Shown here: positions 9,877 through 19,899 of the stretch, piece by piece | How the letters are laid out: each line of letters begins with the position of its first letter | Position numbering within the stretch: position 1 is the first letter of the stretch | Assembly (NCBI GenBank): GCA_963794325.1 | Contig: CAWCDG010000004.1 | Location: 256,001-320,000, forward strand | Source of the DNA: an uncultured delta proteobacterium | GTDB lineage: Bacteria; Desulfobacterota; Binatia; Binatales; Binataceae | Direction: 5' to 3' | Length of the DNA: 64,000 nucleotides | Position numbers and translations under genes: made by a program | Notes under the pieces: model-generated | Database searches by the model: none | Told to the model about the DNA's origin: nothing | What the model saw: the letters and a program-made list of their open reading frames with translations, nothing else

Positions 9877-10392
9877 TCAGTGATGACAGCCGACGCAGTC
9901 GAGCGTCGCTTTTTTCTGCGTGTGACAATCCACGCAAAATCCCATGTTGATTTCATGCACCGGCACCACGCGATCCATCGTCTGCACCGGACCGTGACAA
10001 CTCTGGCATTCGATGCCGGCGTGAATATGCGGGCGATGCGTGAAGCGCACGAAGTCCGGCAGCGTGTACACGCGATTCCACTGGATCTCGAACGCCGACG
10101 GCGTGTCATCGGTCCACGGCTGCGTCACCGGCTGGATTCCGCCGCCCGCGATCCCGTTGCCGTGACATCCTACGCATCGCGCCACCGCCGGAATCCCCGG
10201 CTCCGACGATCGTCCCGCATAGGCATGGCAGTACTGGCAGGGAATTTTGTTGACCCCGGCGTGTACGCGATGACTAAACGGTATCGGCTGAACGACGTCC
10301 GCTCGGGGCGCCCACGGCCTCTCCGACAGCGCGATTACGGCGCCGCCCGAGGCGAGCATCAACAACGCAAGCGGTAGCACTATCCGGTTCAT
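9877..10392 (-). CDS. actA: alternative complex III pentaheme cytochrome c ActA
   Basis: N-terminal TM, QPIPFSHRVHAG, five CxxCH motifs, MGFCVDCH. Confidence 0.92.
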   Translation of the reverse strand: MNRIVLPLALLMLASGGAVIALSERPWAPRADVVQPIPFSHRVHAGVNKIPCQYCHAYAGRSSEPGIPAVARCVGCHGNGIAGGGIQPVTQPWTDDTPSAFEIQWNRVYTLPDFVRFTHRPHIHAGIECQSCHGPVQTMDRVVPVHEINMGFCVDCHTQKKATLDCVGCHH

Positions 10393-10661
10393 GCTCAAGA
10401 TTAGGCTCGCTCAAGATCAGGCTTGTGAATAATCCCAAACTGCGCCGATGCGCCACCGCGTGACCGTTAAAATTTCTAACAATGCCGCCATCTCCAATCA
10501 AGCAGAATTAATGCAACTCGCCGCTCGATGCGCATTTGCCAAACCACCGGCCTGTGGATTCCCATTGTGCGAGAGCGCCGATTTACTGTGGCAGGTAGTT
10601 TCGACGCCCTTAAAAGTATGTTAGTTACATCTCGATCGTTGGTCTAAGGCTGATTCGACAG

Positions 10662-11825
10662 GTGCAAATCAAGACAGCTTCTCGACTAAGTCTTTTACCG
10701 CCCTATCTTTTCGCCGAACTCGACCGCCTGAAAAAGGAGGTCGCAAGCAAGGGCGTTGACGTCATCAGCCTATCGATCGGCGACCCGGACCTGCCCACTC
10801 CCCGTCATATCGTCGAGTCTCTCAAGCGCGCCGCCGACGACCGCAAGAATCATCGCTATCCCGACTACGAAGGCCTCCCGCAATTTCGCGAGGCCTCCGC
10901 AAAATGGTACCAGCGCCGTTTCGGCATCAGCTTCGACTATCAGCGCGAAGTGTGCGCTCTGATCGGCTCCAAGGAAGGCATCGCAAACTTCGCGACCGCG
11001 GTCGTCGAGCCCGGCGACATCGTGCTGATCCCCGATCCCGGGTACCCGGTCTATTACTCAGGATGCGTCTTCAACGGTGGCGAGCCGTACTTCCTGCCGC
11101 TTCGCAAAGAAACCGGATTCGTTCCCGATCTCGCGTCGATTCCAGCCGAAATCGCGCGGCGCGCCAGGATGCTGTGGCTCAACTATCCCAACAATCCTAC
11201 TGCCGCGACGGTTGACCTCTCGTTCTTCCAGGATGCCGTCAAGTTCTGCCTCAAGCACGACGTCATCCTCGCCCACGATAGCGCGTATTCCGAAATCGCC
11301 TACGACGGTTATCGCTCGCCGAGCGTTTTTCAGGCCGACGGCTCGCGCGATTGCGCAATCGAGTTCCATTCGCTCTCCAAGACTTTCTCGATGACTGGAT
11401 GGCGCGTCGGTTTCGCGATCGGCAACCCGCAGTTGATCGGCGCGCTCGGCAAGGTCAAGACCAACATGGACTCCGGCGTCTTCCAGGCGGTGCAGGAAGC
11501 CGCAATCACCGGCCTCGAAGGCGGCGACGGTGACAAGCTCGCCGAATATTGCGCAATCTACCAGGAACGCCGCGACCTGCTGGTCGGCTCGCTGCGCGCG
11601 CTCGGCCTCGAATGCGAAAAGCCGCGCGCAACCTTTTACGTCTGGACCAAAGTTCCACGTGGTTACACCTCGGTTTCATTTACCGAGCGCGTCTTGAAGG
11701 AAGCGGGCATCGCAATTACGCCCGGTTCTGGGTTCGGCAAGGGTGGTGAGGGTTACGTTCGCTTTTCTCTCACGAGCGAACGGTTGGTCGAGGCGGTGGA
11801 CCGGCTAAAAGCGCTGCGGTTGTAA
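10662..11825 (+). CDS. dapL: LL-diaminopimelate aminotransferase (class I PLP aminotransferase)
   Basis: LPPYLFAELD, LIGSKEGI, NYPNNPT, FHSLSKTFSMTGWRVG (PLP lysine). Confidence 0.8.
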   Translation: MQIKTASRLSLLPPYLFAELDRLKKEVASKGVDVISLSIGDPDLPTPRHIVESLKRAADDRKNHRYPDYEGLPQFREASAKWYQRRFGISFDYQREVCALIGSKEGIANFATAVVEPGDIVLIPDPGYPVYYSGCVFNGGEPYFLPLRKETGFVPDLASIPAEIARRARMLWLNYPNNPTAATVDLSFFQDAVKFCLKHDVILAHDSAYSEIAYDGYRSPSVFQADGSRDCAIEFHSLSKTFSMTGWRVGFAIGNPQLIGALGKVKTNMDSGVFQAVQEAAITGLEGGDGDKLAEYCAIYQERRDLLVGSLRALGLECEKPRATFYVWTKVPRGYTSVSFTERVLKEAGIAITPGSGFGKGGEGYVRFSLTSERLVEAVDRLKALRL

Positions 11826-11833
11826 CGGCAAGA

Positions 11834-12382
11834 ATGCCCAATCGGGCTTTTATCGGAATAGGCAGTAACCTAGGCGATCGAGCCGCCAATTATCGTGAGG
11901 CGATTCAACGGATCGCGTCGATCCCGGAAACGAGGGTTGTGCGCCAATCCTCGATCTACGAGACCGAGCCGATGGGCGATCTCAAGGGCGCGTTCCTCAA
12001 CGGCGTAATCGAAGTCGAGACCGAGCTTCCCGCCGAAGTATTGATGCGCCGACTGCTCGCGCTCGAGCGCATCATGGGCCGCAAGCGCGTCAAGGGCCGC
12101 AAGCAGACCCGCGGCAAGTATCGCCCGCGAATCATCGATCTCGATTTGCTCTTCTTCAATAAAGAAACCATCGACACGCGAGTCCTCAAGGTCCCGCATC
12201 CGCGGCTTCATGAGCGCCGCTTCGTGCTTGCCCCGATGAGCGAGCTGGCGCCCGCGTTGATTCATCCCAAGCTCAACGCGTCGATTTCCGAAATGCTGTC
12301 GGGACTTAAGTCGCCGTTCCGTGTTACGCTCGCGAGAGCGGACCTGCTGAGGCCGCAGCTGGTGAAAGCGAAAACAAAGTAA
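11834..12382 (+). CDS. folK: HPPK, 2-amino-4-hydroxy-6-hydroxymethyldihydropteridine diphosphokinase
   Basis: [41 protein letters not shown]. Confidence 0.95.
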   Translation: MPNRAFIGIGSNLGDRAANYREAIQRIASIPETRVVRQSSIYETEPMGDLKGAFLNGVIEVETELPAEVLMRRLLALERIMGRKRVKGRKQTRGKYRPRIIDLDLLFFNKETIDTRVLKVPHPRLHERRFVLAPMSELAPALIHPKLNASISEMLSGLKSPFRVTLARADLLRPQLVKAKTK

Positions 12383-12393
12383 GAGGCGTCAAG

Positions 12394-13044
12394 ATGAAAT
12401 ATTTTATCGATACTGCCGAGGTAGCCGAGATTCGCGAGGCCGCCAGTTGGGGACTCGTCGACGGCGTCACCACCAATCCATCGCTGATGGCGAAAACCGG
12501 CCGTCCGTATCACGACGTGCTGCGCGAAATTTGCGAAATCGTCGACGGACCGATCAGCGCTGAAGTCGTCGCCACCGAAGCGTCCGCGATGATCGAAGAG
12601 GGCGAGAAGCTCGCCAAGCTCCACAAAAACATCGTCGTCAAATGCCCGATGATCATCGAAGGTCTCAAGGCCACCCACGCGCTGGCCAAACGCGGCATCC
12701 GCGTCAACGTGACTCTGATCTTCTCACCTCTGCAGGCACTAGCCGCGGCAAAGGTCGGCGCATCATTCTTGTCGCCGTTCATCGGCCGCCTCGACGACAT
12801 CGGCCAGGACGGCTTCGCGCTGGTCGAGGACATGGTGCAAATCCTCTCGAACTACGACTACCCCGCCGAAGTCCTGGTAGCGTCAGTCCGCAGCACCACG
12901 CATCTAATCCGCGCCGCCGAAGTAGGCGCCGACATAGCAACCGTCCCCTTCGCAGTCCTGAAACAAACGCTGCACCACCCGCTGACCGACCTGGGCCTCG
13001 AGCGCTTCCTGGCCGACTGGCGCAAAACCAATCAGAAGATCTGA
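12394..13044 (+). CDS. tal: transaldolase (short, FSA-like family)
   Basis: GVTTNPSL and VVKCP (Schiff-base Lys). SAEV (Glu) and SPFIGR (Phe) favour transaldolase over FSA. Confidence 0.88.
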   Translation: MKYFIDTAEVAEIREAASWGLVDGVTTNPSLMAKTGRPYHDVLREICEIVDGPISAEVVATEASAMIEEGEKLAKLHKNIVVKCPMIIEGLKATHALAKRGIRVNVTLIFSPLQALAAAKVGASFLSPFIGRLDDIGQDGFALVEDMVQILSNYDYPAEVLVASVRSTTHLIRAAEVGADIATVPFAVLKQTLHHPLTDLGLERFLADWRKTNQKI

Positions 13045-13071
13045 ACGATCTGGCGCGTCCGCGCGCCTCTT

Positions 13072-13106
13072 CCCCTCTCCCGTCGGGAGAGGATTTAAGG
13101 TGAGGG
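13072..13106. repeat. REP-like palindrome, CCTCTCCC-N3-GGGAGAGG..GGTGAGGG family
   Basis: Stem 13074-13081/13085-13092 with a G-rich tail; related copies at 32122, 49226 and 49294. Confidence 0.7.
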
Positions 13107-13170
13107 ACCTTATTCAGCGCGCGCTTGGCGCGCGATTCAAGATTCCGCTCCGCGTCTCGCCTTCTCCTCA

Positions 13171-13200
13171 CGTCATCCTGAGCGCAGCGAAGGATCTCGC
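13171..13200. repeat. CGTC-tagged REP-like element
   Basis: CGTCATCCTGAGCGCAGCGAAGGATCTC; a related copy lies at 60902-60933. Confidence 0.7.
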
Positions 13201-13220
13201 GCGATAGCGCGCCTCGCCAG

Positions 13221-13724
13221 ATGATTTCGACGACGTCGCGAATCGTCATCCTTGGATGCGCGGGTAGCGGCAAGACTTTCCTCGCGCACCGGCTCGGCGA
13301 GCGCACCGGCGCACCCGTGATTTGCCTCGACGCCATATGGCAGCCGCACTGGGGCAAAGATGACGTCGCCAATTTCCGATCCTTGATGAAACAAGCGCAC
13401 GCCGGCGAGACCTGGATCAGCGACGGCAACTTTGCAGCCGCCACCTTCGATATCCGCCTGCCTCGCGCCACGCTCGTGATCTGGCTCGACCGCCCAAAAC
13501 TGTCCTGCGCCTGGCGCGCAATCACGCGAGTGTTTCAGCCCGGCGAGCACCATCGAATTGAGAGCCTCGCCAAGGTGCTGCGCTTCATCTGGAATTTCGA
13601 CCGAATCAACCGCCCGCTAATCGAGGCGCAAAGAATCGCGCACGGGCCGCAGGTTCCCGTCCGCAAATTGAAGAATAATCGCGAGATTGACGCATTCCTG
13701 TCGGCTTGTGGTCAGCGGACTTGA
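13221..13724 (+). CDS. adenylate-kinase-like P-loop protein (FlaR/topology modulation family)
   Basis: Walker A GCAGSGKT, LDAIWQP, WISDGNF, IWLDRP. Confidence 0.8.
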   Translation: MISTTSRIVILGCAGSGKTFLAHRLGERTGAPVICLDAIWQPHWGKDDVANFRSLMKQAHAGETWISDGNFAAATFDIRLPRATLVIWLDRPKLSCAWRAITRVFQPGEHHRIESLAKVLRFIWNFDRINRPLIEAQRIAHGPQVPVRKLKNNREIDAFLSACGQRT

Positions 13725-13729
13725 GGCAG

Positions 13730-14881
13730 TTAGTTCGCCGCCGCCGATCGCTCTGCGATCAATCGATCCAATTCTGCGCGCAGCTTCGGGAGGACTTCTT
13801 CGTAGCCGAAATAGCCTAGCTTGCGATCTTTCTTTTTGAGATTCACCGTCGTCGGACCGCACCACAATCCCAAGTCCGCGTCGTCGGTCTCGCCCGGGCC
13901 GTTCACTCGGCATCCCATGATCGCGATCGTGATCTTGTACTTCTCGGCGTAAACCGTCAGCTCCTTGACCTGCTGCGCCAGCTCGACGAACTTCATATTC
14001 TCGACGCGCGAGCACGACGGGCACGAGATGATATTCAGGCCCGCGCCGAAGTCCGGCACCGAGATGAATCGTCCCGCCGCGACATCCTCGATAATCTTGT
14101 GACCGACGAGCACTTCCTCGTGCTTGCGCTCATTGGGCAGCGTCAGTGAGACGCGAATCGTATCGCCGATACTCTGCGCGAGCAGCTTCTCGAACGCGAT
14201 GCGCGTCTTGATGATCCCGTCGGGCGGTAATCCCGCTTCCGTAACTCCAAGATGAATCGGCACGTCGGGCCGCCGCTTCGAAAACCGCCGGTTCGCGTCC
14301 ATCACCTTGACCGGATCGGAATCCTTCAGCGACACGACGAAGCGCGTGAAGCCGAAACCGTCCATCAGATCACAATGGTACGCGGCCGACTCGACGATCG
14401 CCGCGAGCTGATCGCCGGGATACTTGTCCAGGAATGCCGGCGCCACCGATCCGCAGTTGACGCCGATTCGAACCGCGACATCGTTGTCACGCGCCACCTC
14501 GACGAGCCACTTCACCTTCTGCTCGATCGTCTTCGACTTCTCGATATGATGCAGATGCCCCGGGTTGTAGCGAATCTTGTCGACGTGCGGCGCGACCCGG
14601 TCGGCGATTTTGTAGTTCTCCTGCAAATCGACCGACAGCACGACGCCCTTGGTCTGCTGGCGGATTTCCTTGACCGCCGGGATTTCCTTCTCGCTGTCGA
14701 TCGCGATTCGCACGATTCCCGCGCCCGCATTCGCCAGTTGATGCGCCTGCGCGACGGTCTCGTCGATATCGATCGTCCGCGTCGCGCACATCGATTGCAC
14801 CACCACCGGCGCGTTGCCGCCGACCTTGGTGCCGCCAATCGTTATCTGCCGTGTCTTTCGGTCTTTCAGTGCTTGATCCAT
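13730..14881 (-). CDS. ispG: HMBPP synthase (GcpE)
   Basis: [53 protein letters not shown]. Confidence 0.95.
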   Translation of the reverse strand: MDQALKDRKTRQITIGGTKVGGNAPVVVQSMCATRTIDIDETVAQAHQLANAGAGIVRIAIDSEKEIPAVKEIRQQTKGVVLSVDLQENYKIADRVAPHVDKIRYNPGHLHHIEKSKTIEQKVKWLVEVARDNDVAVRIGVNCGSVAPAFLDKYPGDQLAAIVESAAYHCDLMDGFGFTRFVVSLKDSDPVKVMDANRRFSKRRPDVPIHLGVTEAGLPPDGIIKTRIAFEKLLAQSIGDTIRVSLTLPNERKHEEVLVGHKIIEDVAAGRFISVPDFGAGLNIISCPSCSRVENMKFVELAQQVKELTVYAEKYKITIAIMGCRVNGPGETDDADLGLWCGPTTVNLKKKDRKLGYFGYEEVLPKLRAELDRLIAERSAAAN

Positions 14882-14915
14882 TCCTATCTATGCTGCCGAA
14901 TGCGCTGGCCGCTTG

Positions 14916-15248
14916 CTAGTGCTTGTGCTCGTCCGCGACCGCCATCGCGATCGCGCCATGACTGAACGCCGCGCCCGCGCGCATCGCCGCCGCGACGAAC
15001 ACCGCCTCCGCGATCTCCTGGTCGGTGCATCCTTTCTCTTTCGCGCGCGTGACGTGCGCCTCGATACACCACGGGCATTGCGTCACATGCGCCGCCGTAA
15101 TCGCCATCAATTCCTTGGTCTTGCTCGGAATCGCGCCGTCCTTGAAAACTTCCTTGTCAAAATCCAGGAAGCCCTTGAACGCGTCGGGCGCATTCTGACG
15201 CAGGTTGCGGAGATACTTCGAGGTTTCCTTGCCGTAAAAATCAGCCAT
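14916..15248 (-). CDS. carboxymuconolactone decarboxylase/AhpD-family protein
   Basis: KTKELMA..AHVTQCPWCIEAH CxxC motif; EIAEAV. Confidence 0.88.
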   Translation of the reverse strand: MADFYGKETSKYLRNLRQNAPDAFKGFLDFDKEVFKDGAIPSKTKELMAITAAHVTQCPWCIEAHVTRAKEKGCTDQEIAEAVFVAAAMRAGAAFSHGAIAMAVADEHKH

Positions 15249-15585
15249 CGTGATTCTCCTGGAAGCCGTTTTTCAGTGATAATTGAAGTATAGCAGACCG
15301 CTCGCCAGCATCGGTAACAATTACCTTTCGCGCGCGATACGCCGTTCGCCCATTCTAATCCTGATAGTAACCTCGAACAAACTTTGCTTATCCATGGTTG
15401 GCGACAACGAATTTAGCCTCTGACTTTTCACTTGCAATGAGTCATCGATCTGACTAAATATCTTTCTCCGTCGCCGTTCATTAGGTGGACCGGAGCGCTG
15501 CATAAGTTAACCCTGCTGTTCGCCTGCGGCACAGCGAAATTTTCGAGTTCCAGCACTTCGCTCGGGGGAGGGAGGATGCTGAACG

Positions 15586-16032
15586 ATGAGTACCGTAGTC
15601 TCCACAATCGCTGCCGGTGATCCGCGCCCGTTTCCGGACGTCATTCTTCGCAGCCAGTTCTTCGAGATGGTCGGAACGCGATCGCTTTCGAGCGAACAGC
15701 GCCTGATGCTCGCGGTGCTGGCCGACGCGATCAACGTCGTGCAGGAATTCGGCGGCTCCTCGAGCCTGCGCAAGCGCAACTCGTTCAACGAGGCCTGGAA
15801 CTGGTTCTTTACGAAAGGTGGCTCGTGCCCGTTGTCGTTCGAGAGCGTATGCGACGCGCTCGGCATCGACTCGAAGGGCCTGCGATGGCGCCTGTCGGAA
15901 CTGGTCGCCGGCCGCGGCGGCAGTCCGCTCCGCCTGCGCCTGAAGGAAGCGAGCCGGATGCAGCGGCTGACGGTGAATCGAGTACGCCGCCGCGACCCGC
16001 GCAGAATGCATCGCGCACACCGGACCCGCTAG
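15586..16032 (+). CDS. conserved hypothetical protein, basic C-terminus
   Basis: Strong RBS (GGAGG); motifs EQRLMLAVLADAI and LSFESVCDALGID. Confidence 0.75.
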   Translation: MSTVVSTIAAGDPRPFPDVILRSQFFEMVGTRSLSSEQRLMLAVLADAINVVQEFGGSSSLRKRNSFNEAWNWFFTKGGSCPLSFESVCDALGIDSKGLRWRLSELVAGRGGSPLRLRLKEASRMQRLTVNRVRRRDPRRMHRAHRTR

Positions 16033-16092
16033 CCGCGGTCTCGCACAATCGCGTTACACAGGGTAAACCCACCCGCATCCTTTTACTAAGGT

Positions 16093-16109
16093 GCAGGGGT
16101 TACCCCTGC
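16093..16109. repeat. palindrome GCAGGGGT-N-ACCCCTGC (copy 1)
   Basis: Perfect 8-bp arms; second copy at 35814-35830. Confidence 0.65.
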
Positions 16110-16119
16110 CCAGGGAAGT

Positions 16120-16142
16120 ATGAAACCCAGGAGGGGTTTCAT
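16120..16142. promoter_or_regulatory. palindrome ATGAAACCC-N5-GGGTTTCAT (copy 1), candidate operator or repeat
   Basis: Ends 15 nt upstream of ATG 16158; same motif at 18615-18637. Confidence 0.5.
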
Positions 16143-16157
16143 TACAATTACGTTCCT

Positions 16158-17369
16158 ATGGATTCTCCTCTGCAGGGTTTTCGGGTCGTCGAAGTTGCGA
16201 TGTGGGTAGCGGGCCCCTCCACCACGGCCGTGCTTGGCGATTGGGGCGCCGACGTTATCAAGCTCGAAGATCCGACGACCGGCGATCCGATTCGCGGCTT
16301 CGTCACGCGCACGATGGGCGATCCCAACGCGCGCATCCGGCCGCCGTTCGAGCTCGACAATCGCAACAAGCGATCGGTCGCGGTTGATTTGCGCACCGCC
16401 GACGGCCACGCATTCGCGCTCAAGTTGATCGAACGCGCCGACGTATTCGTCACCAGCCTCCGCCTCGACGCGATCGAGCGGATGAAGCTCGATTATGCGA
16501 CCCTTTCCGCGAAGAATCCGCGCCTCATCTACGCGTCGATCAACGGCTACGGACATCGCGGCCCGGATCGCAATCGCCCCGCCTATGACTACGCCGCCGC
16601 GTGGGCGAGATCGGGCCTGATGGCGACGATTGCGGAGCCGGGGCAGCCGCCGCCCGCGCAGCGACCCGCGATGATCGATCACGCCGTCGGCCTCGGCCTC
16701 GCCGGCGCTATCTCTGCTGCACTGCTCGCGCGCGAGCGCACCGGCCGCGGCCGCGAGGTCAACATCTCGCTGTTCTCGATGGGCCTGTGGATGAACGCCT
16801 CGGATCTCACCGTCGGCCTGATGACCGGCCGCTCGCCGCAATCCGAGTCGCGCACCGAGCGGGTGAATCCGCTGTGGAGCTCCTACCGATGCGCCGACGC
16901 GCGATGGATCTACTTCGTGATGATCCAGAGCGATCGCCACTGGCCGGATTTCTGCCGCGCGCTGGGCAAATCTGAATGGCTCGACGATCGCCGCTTCAAG
17001 GACTCGACCGCTCGCGCCCAAAACTGCGCGATGCTCACCGGCGAAATCGATCGCGCCGTCGCCACCCGCGCCTCCGACGAATGGGCGCCGATTTTCGATC
17101 GCCACAATCTGGTCTGGGCGCCCGTCCGCACCGACGCCGAAGTGCTCGACGATCCTCAGGCCGCCGCCATCGGCGCGTTCGCGCCCGTTGACCATCCGAA
17201 CATTCCCGGATGTCGCGTCGTGAACAGCCCCGTCGAGTTTGGCGACATCCCCTCGCAACCGCATCGCGCCGCCCCCGAATTAGGCCAGCATACCGAGGAA
17301 GTAGCACTCGAAGTCGGCCTGACTTGGGACGAGATCGCGCGCCTGAAAGCCTCGGGAACGCTCGGCTAG
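16158..17369 (+). CDS. family III CoA transferase (CaiB/BaiF)
   Basis: PLQGFRVVE, GADVIKLE, NRNKRS, NPRLIYASINGYG, APELGQHTEEV. Confidence 0.92.
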   Translation: MDSPLQGFRVVEVAMWVAGPSTTAVLGDWGADVIKLEDPTTGDPIRGFVTRTMGDPNARIRPPFELDNRNKRSVAVDLRTADGHAFALKLIERADVFVTSLRLDAIERMKLDYATLSAKNPRLIYASINGYGHRGPDRNRPAYDYAAAWARSGLMATIAEPGQPPPAQRPAMIDHAVGLGLAGAISAALLARERTGRGREVNISLFSMGLWMNASDLTVGLMTGRSPQSESRTERVNPLWSSYRCADARWIYFVMIQSDRHWPDFCRALGKSEWLDDRRFKDSTARAQNCAMLTGEIDRAVATRASDEWAPIFDRHNLVWAPVRTDAEVLDDPQAAAIGAFAPVDHPNIPGCRVVNSPVEFGDIPSQPHRAAPELGQHTEEVALEVGLTWDEIARLKASGTLG

Positions 17370-17444
17370 CCTGTGATTACCTTGGTCAAACCGCTTTTAT
17401 TCAAAATCAAACATCGGTATAAACCCACATTTCGACAACTTTGT

Positions 17445-17474
17445 TTGACTCTGACGAACACCACTCAATATGAT
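17445..17474 (+). promoter_or_regulatory. putative sigma70 promoter
   Basis: TTGACT-N18-TATGAT in AT-rich DNA upstream of the 17508 ORF. Confidence 0.5.
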
Positions 17475-17507
17475 CTCTGTCATTCGTCCCTCGGAGGTCG
17501 CCCGTTC

Positions 17508-18038
17508 GTGCGAATGATTGTTCCTCCCGTCGCCCATCGCCGCGAAATTGATCGTAACCTCGCAGAATTTTTCCGCGGCCATCGCGCCGCGCATTTTAAT
17601 CGCGCCATCTCCTCGATGTGCCGGTTCTTCAAACTTCCTCGCCCCCGCATCGAATGGTTCGAGTACATCGATTGGGGCAAGACCGCCGGCCGCACCTACG
17701 AGGACGGCCGCATCCATCTCGTGCATCCGGAAAACTGGAAGCGCGGGCGCATCTACTTCAGCGAGCGCAAGTGGATCCAGATGCTCTACCACGAGATGGG
17801 CCACTTCCTGCTGTGGAGCGATCCCGAGCGCAAGGCCGACTTGTTCTCGCGCCGGATGGTAACCGGGCTTCGAGTCAGTGTCCGCCGGCGTGCGACGCGC
17901 TCGCGCAGCCGCGCGGGAATTCCGAGCACGCGCCTCTCCGCAAATCGCGTCCGCAAGCGCCGCGCGCGCGTTTCGATCGCACAAAAGTCGAAGCGTGGCT
18001 CGCGCGCGAGAACTCGCAAGTCGCGGCGGGTCGCCTGA
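17508..18038 (+). CDS. small HExxH metallopeptidase-like protein (ImmA/IrrE-like) with Arg-rich tail
   Basis: YHEMGHFL..PERKADLFS; GGAGG RBS before GTG 17508 (alternative ATG 17514). Confidence 0.6.
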   Translation: MRMIVPPVAHRREIDRNLAEFFRGHRAAHFNRAISSMCRFFKLPRPRIEWFEYIDWGKTAGRTYEDGRIHLVHPENWKRGRIYFSERKWIQMLYHEMGHFLLWSDPERKADLFSRRMVTGLRVSVRRRATRSRSRAGIPSTRLSANRVRKRRARVSIAQKSKRGSRARTRKSRRVA

Positions 18039-18589
18039 TGCCGCAGAAGCCGACAGTCGAAAATCGATGGTGGGTCGAAACCAACTTCAAGAAACCGAAG
18101 CTGGCGAAGTCTGAAAACGAGATGCCGCAGTTGCCGGTCGCGATGGCCTTTTACCAGGTCGCGCGCGACTACGATCAGGATCGGGCCAAGGAAGATCTCA
18201 CCGACAACAACCTGCGCATCGCGCGCGAGGCGAATCCTCCGCCGGGCGGGTGGGCTTACCTCGCGATGACCGATCAGCACGCGCCCGCCAACGTGATCAA
18301 GCGCGTCAAGGACGAGTTCCGCATCCCGCGTGAGGCCCGCGGCCTGGTGATCGATCATGGCCGCGTCGTGCGATTGCTGATTTGCGGCCCGCAGCTTGAA
18401 GACTGGATGCTCGATATCACGCTCGGCGACGAGCCGTCAGTCGATGCGTACGTATGGTCGGTGATGTATCGCGAACGAATCTTCCGCCGAGCCGAAGACG
18501 CACTCCGCCAGGCCCGCAAATGGGCTATCAACCTGCTCCAATTCCCGCCCCCAAGAGACGAACCCTTCCGCGGCTCGCTGCTGACATAG
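18038..18589 (+). CDS. hypothetical protein, translationally coupled to the upstream gene
   Basis: TGATG overlap; 183 aa with genome-like codon usage. Confidence 0.7.
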   Translation: MPQKPTVENRWWVETNFKKPKLAKSENEMPQLPVAMAFYQVARDYDQDRAKEDLTDNNLRIAREANPPPGGWAYLAMTDQHAPANVIKRVKDEFRIPREARGLVIDHGRVVRLLICGPQLEDWMLDITLGDEPSVDAYVWSVMYRERIFRRAEDALRQARKWAINLLQFPPPRDEPFRGSLLT

Positions 18590-18611
18590 GGACGCGCAGA
18601 GGAACTTTATT

Positions 18612-18640
18612 TTAATGAAACCCACCGTGGGTTTCATTAA
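18612..18640. promoter_or_regulatory. perfect palindrome TTAATGAAACCCAC-C-GTGGGTTTCATTAA (copy 2)
   Basis: 14-bp perfect arms just upstream of ATG 18655. Confidence 0.55.
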
Positions 18641-18654
18641 GATTAATCCCCGCC

Positions 18655-19800
18655 ATGAACTATCTCTCACTCGTGCTCCGCAACCTCACCCGTAACAAGC
18701 GCCGAACGATTCTCACCACGTTCTCGATCACCGTCTCCGTATTCATCTTCGCCTCGCTGATAAGCCTGCCCGGACTCCTCAATCAGGTCCTGCGCGACCG
18801 CGCCAACTCCCGCCGCCTCATCTGTCACAGTAAGGCCAGCCTCTTCTACATGCTGCCTGAGTCCTACCGCCGTCGGATCGAAAAAGTTCCGCACGTCGAG
18901 GCAGTCGCCGCTTACAGCGTCTTCCTCGCAACCTATCGCGATCCGACCGAGCAGCTCGGCGTGCTCGCCGTAGATGACGATCATATCCGCGAGATCTTTC
19001 CGGATTGGGATATCGGCGCGGAGGCCGAACACGAATTCGAAACCAAGCGCACCGCGGCCCTCGTCGCCACCAACCTGATGAAAGTTTACGGTTGGAAAGT
19101 GGGACAAACGTTCATGCTGCGCGGCACGATGTATCCGGTCGATCTGCAATTGACAATTGTCGGCGTGCTGAACGAGGAAGCCGCCGGCCCCCGCATCATC
19201 TTCCGCCGCGATTACATGGAAGAGCTGCTCGGCAGGCCGGGCACCGCCAACCTGTTTTGGGTAAAAGTGGACAGCTCGAAATCGGCGTCCGAAGTTATCG
19301 CCGCCATCGACGAGATGTTCGCCAACTCGCCCAACGAGACGGCCACCGAAACCGAAGTTGCGCTGATCAAGAGCCAGGAGGGCGGTACCCTGGCCCTGAT
19401 GCTTAATGGCGCGAAATTTCTGGCGGCGATCGTAATTTTCACGATTGCGCTGGTCGCCGCCAACACGGCCGCGATGGCGGTGCGGGAACGACGTCACGAA
19501 ATGGCAGTGATGCGCGCGATCGGTTTCACGCGCCGCTCGATCGTTGCCCGAATCCTGGTCGAAGGATTGATAGTCGGCATCACCGGCGGTGCACTCGGAT
19601 GCGTTCTGGCGGTGATCGGCTTCGACCTGTTGCCCCACGTCTCCGGAGCGCTGGGTCCGCTCGCACTCGCGATGACCCTGCAACCGCGAATCGTCGCCTA
19701 CAGCTTCCTGGTTGCCACGCTAATCGGAGCCGCCAGCGGCTTCATCCCCGCGGCCCTGGCCACCCGCGGCGACATCTCAACCGAACTCCGGGCAGTCTAA
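18655..19800 (+). CDS. ABC transporter permease (MacB/FtsX-like)
   Basis: RNLTRNKRRTILT, periplasmic domain, AVRERRHEMAVMRAIGF, GFIPA. Confidence 0.9.
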   Translation: MNYLSLVLRNLTRNKRRTILTTFSITVSVFIFASLISLPGLLNQVLRDRANSRRLICHSKASLFYMLPESYRRRIEKVPHVEAVAAYSVFLATYRDPTEQLGVLAVDDDHIREIFPDWDIGAEAEHEFETKRTAALVATNLMKVYGWKVGQTFMLRGTMYPVDLQLTIVGVLNEEAAGPRIIFRRDYMEELLGRPGTANLFWVKVDSSKSASEVIAAIDEMFANSPNETATETEVALIKSQEGGTLALMLNGAKFLAAIVIFTIALVAANTAAMAVRERRHEMAVMRAIGFTRRSIVARILVEGLIVGITGGALGCVLAVIGFDLLPHVSGALGPLALAMTLQPRIVAYSFLVATLIGAASGFIPAALATRGDISTELRAV

Positions 19801-19899
19801 GTGGTTGATCCGTTGAAGTGGCGAAAAATAGGCGAAATCGTTAGGGTGGTGCGCGGAAGATTTGTGCGAGTTAATCTGTAGCCAGAGCGGTAAATTAAG

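Noticed and set aside
15825-16157. 111-aa N-terminal extension of the CoA transferase in the ORF track
   Set aside because: It overlaps the 15586 gene and the intergenic palindromes; family homology begins at ATG 16158.
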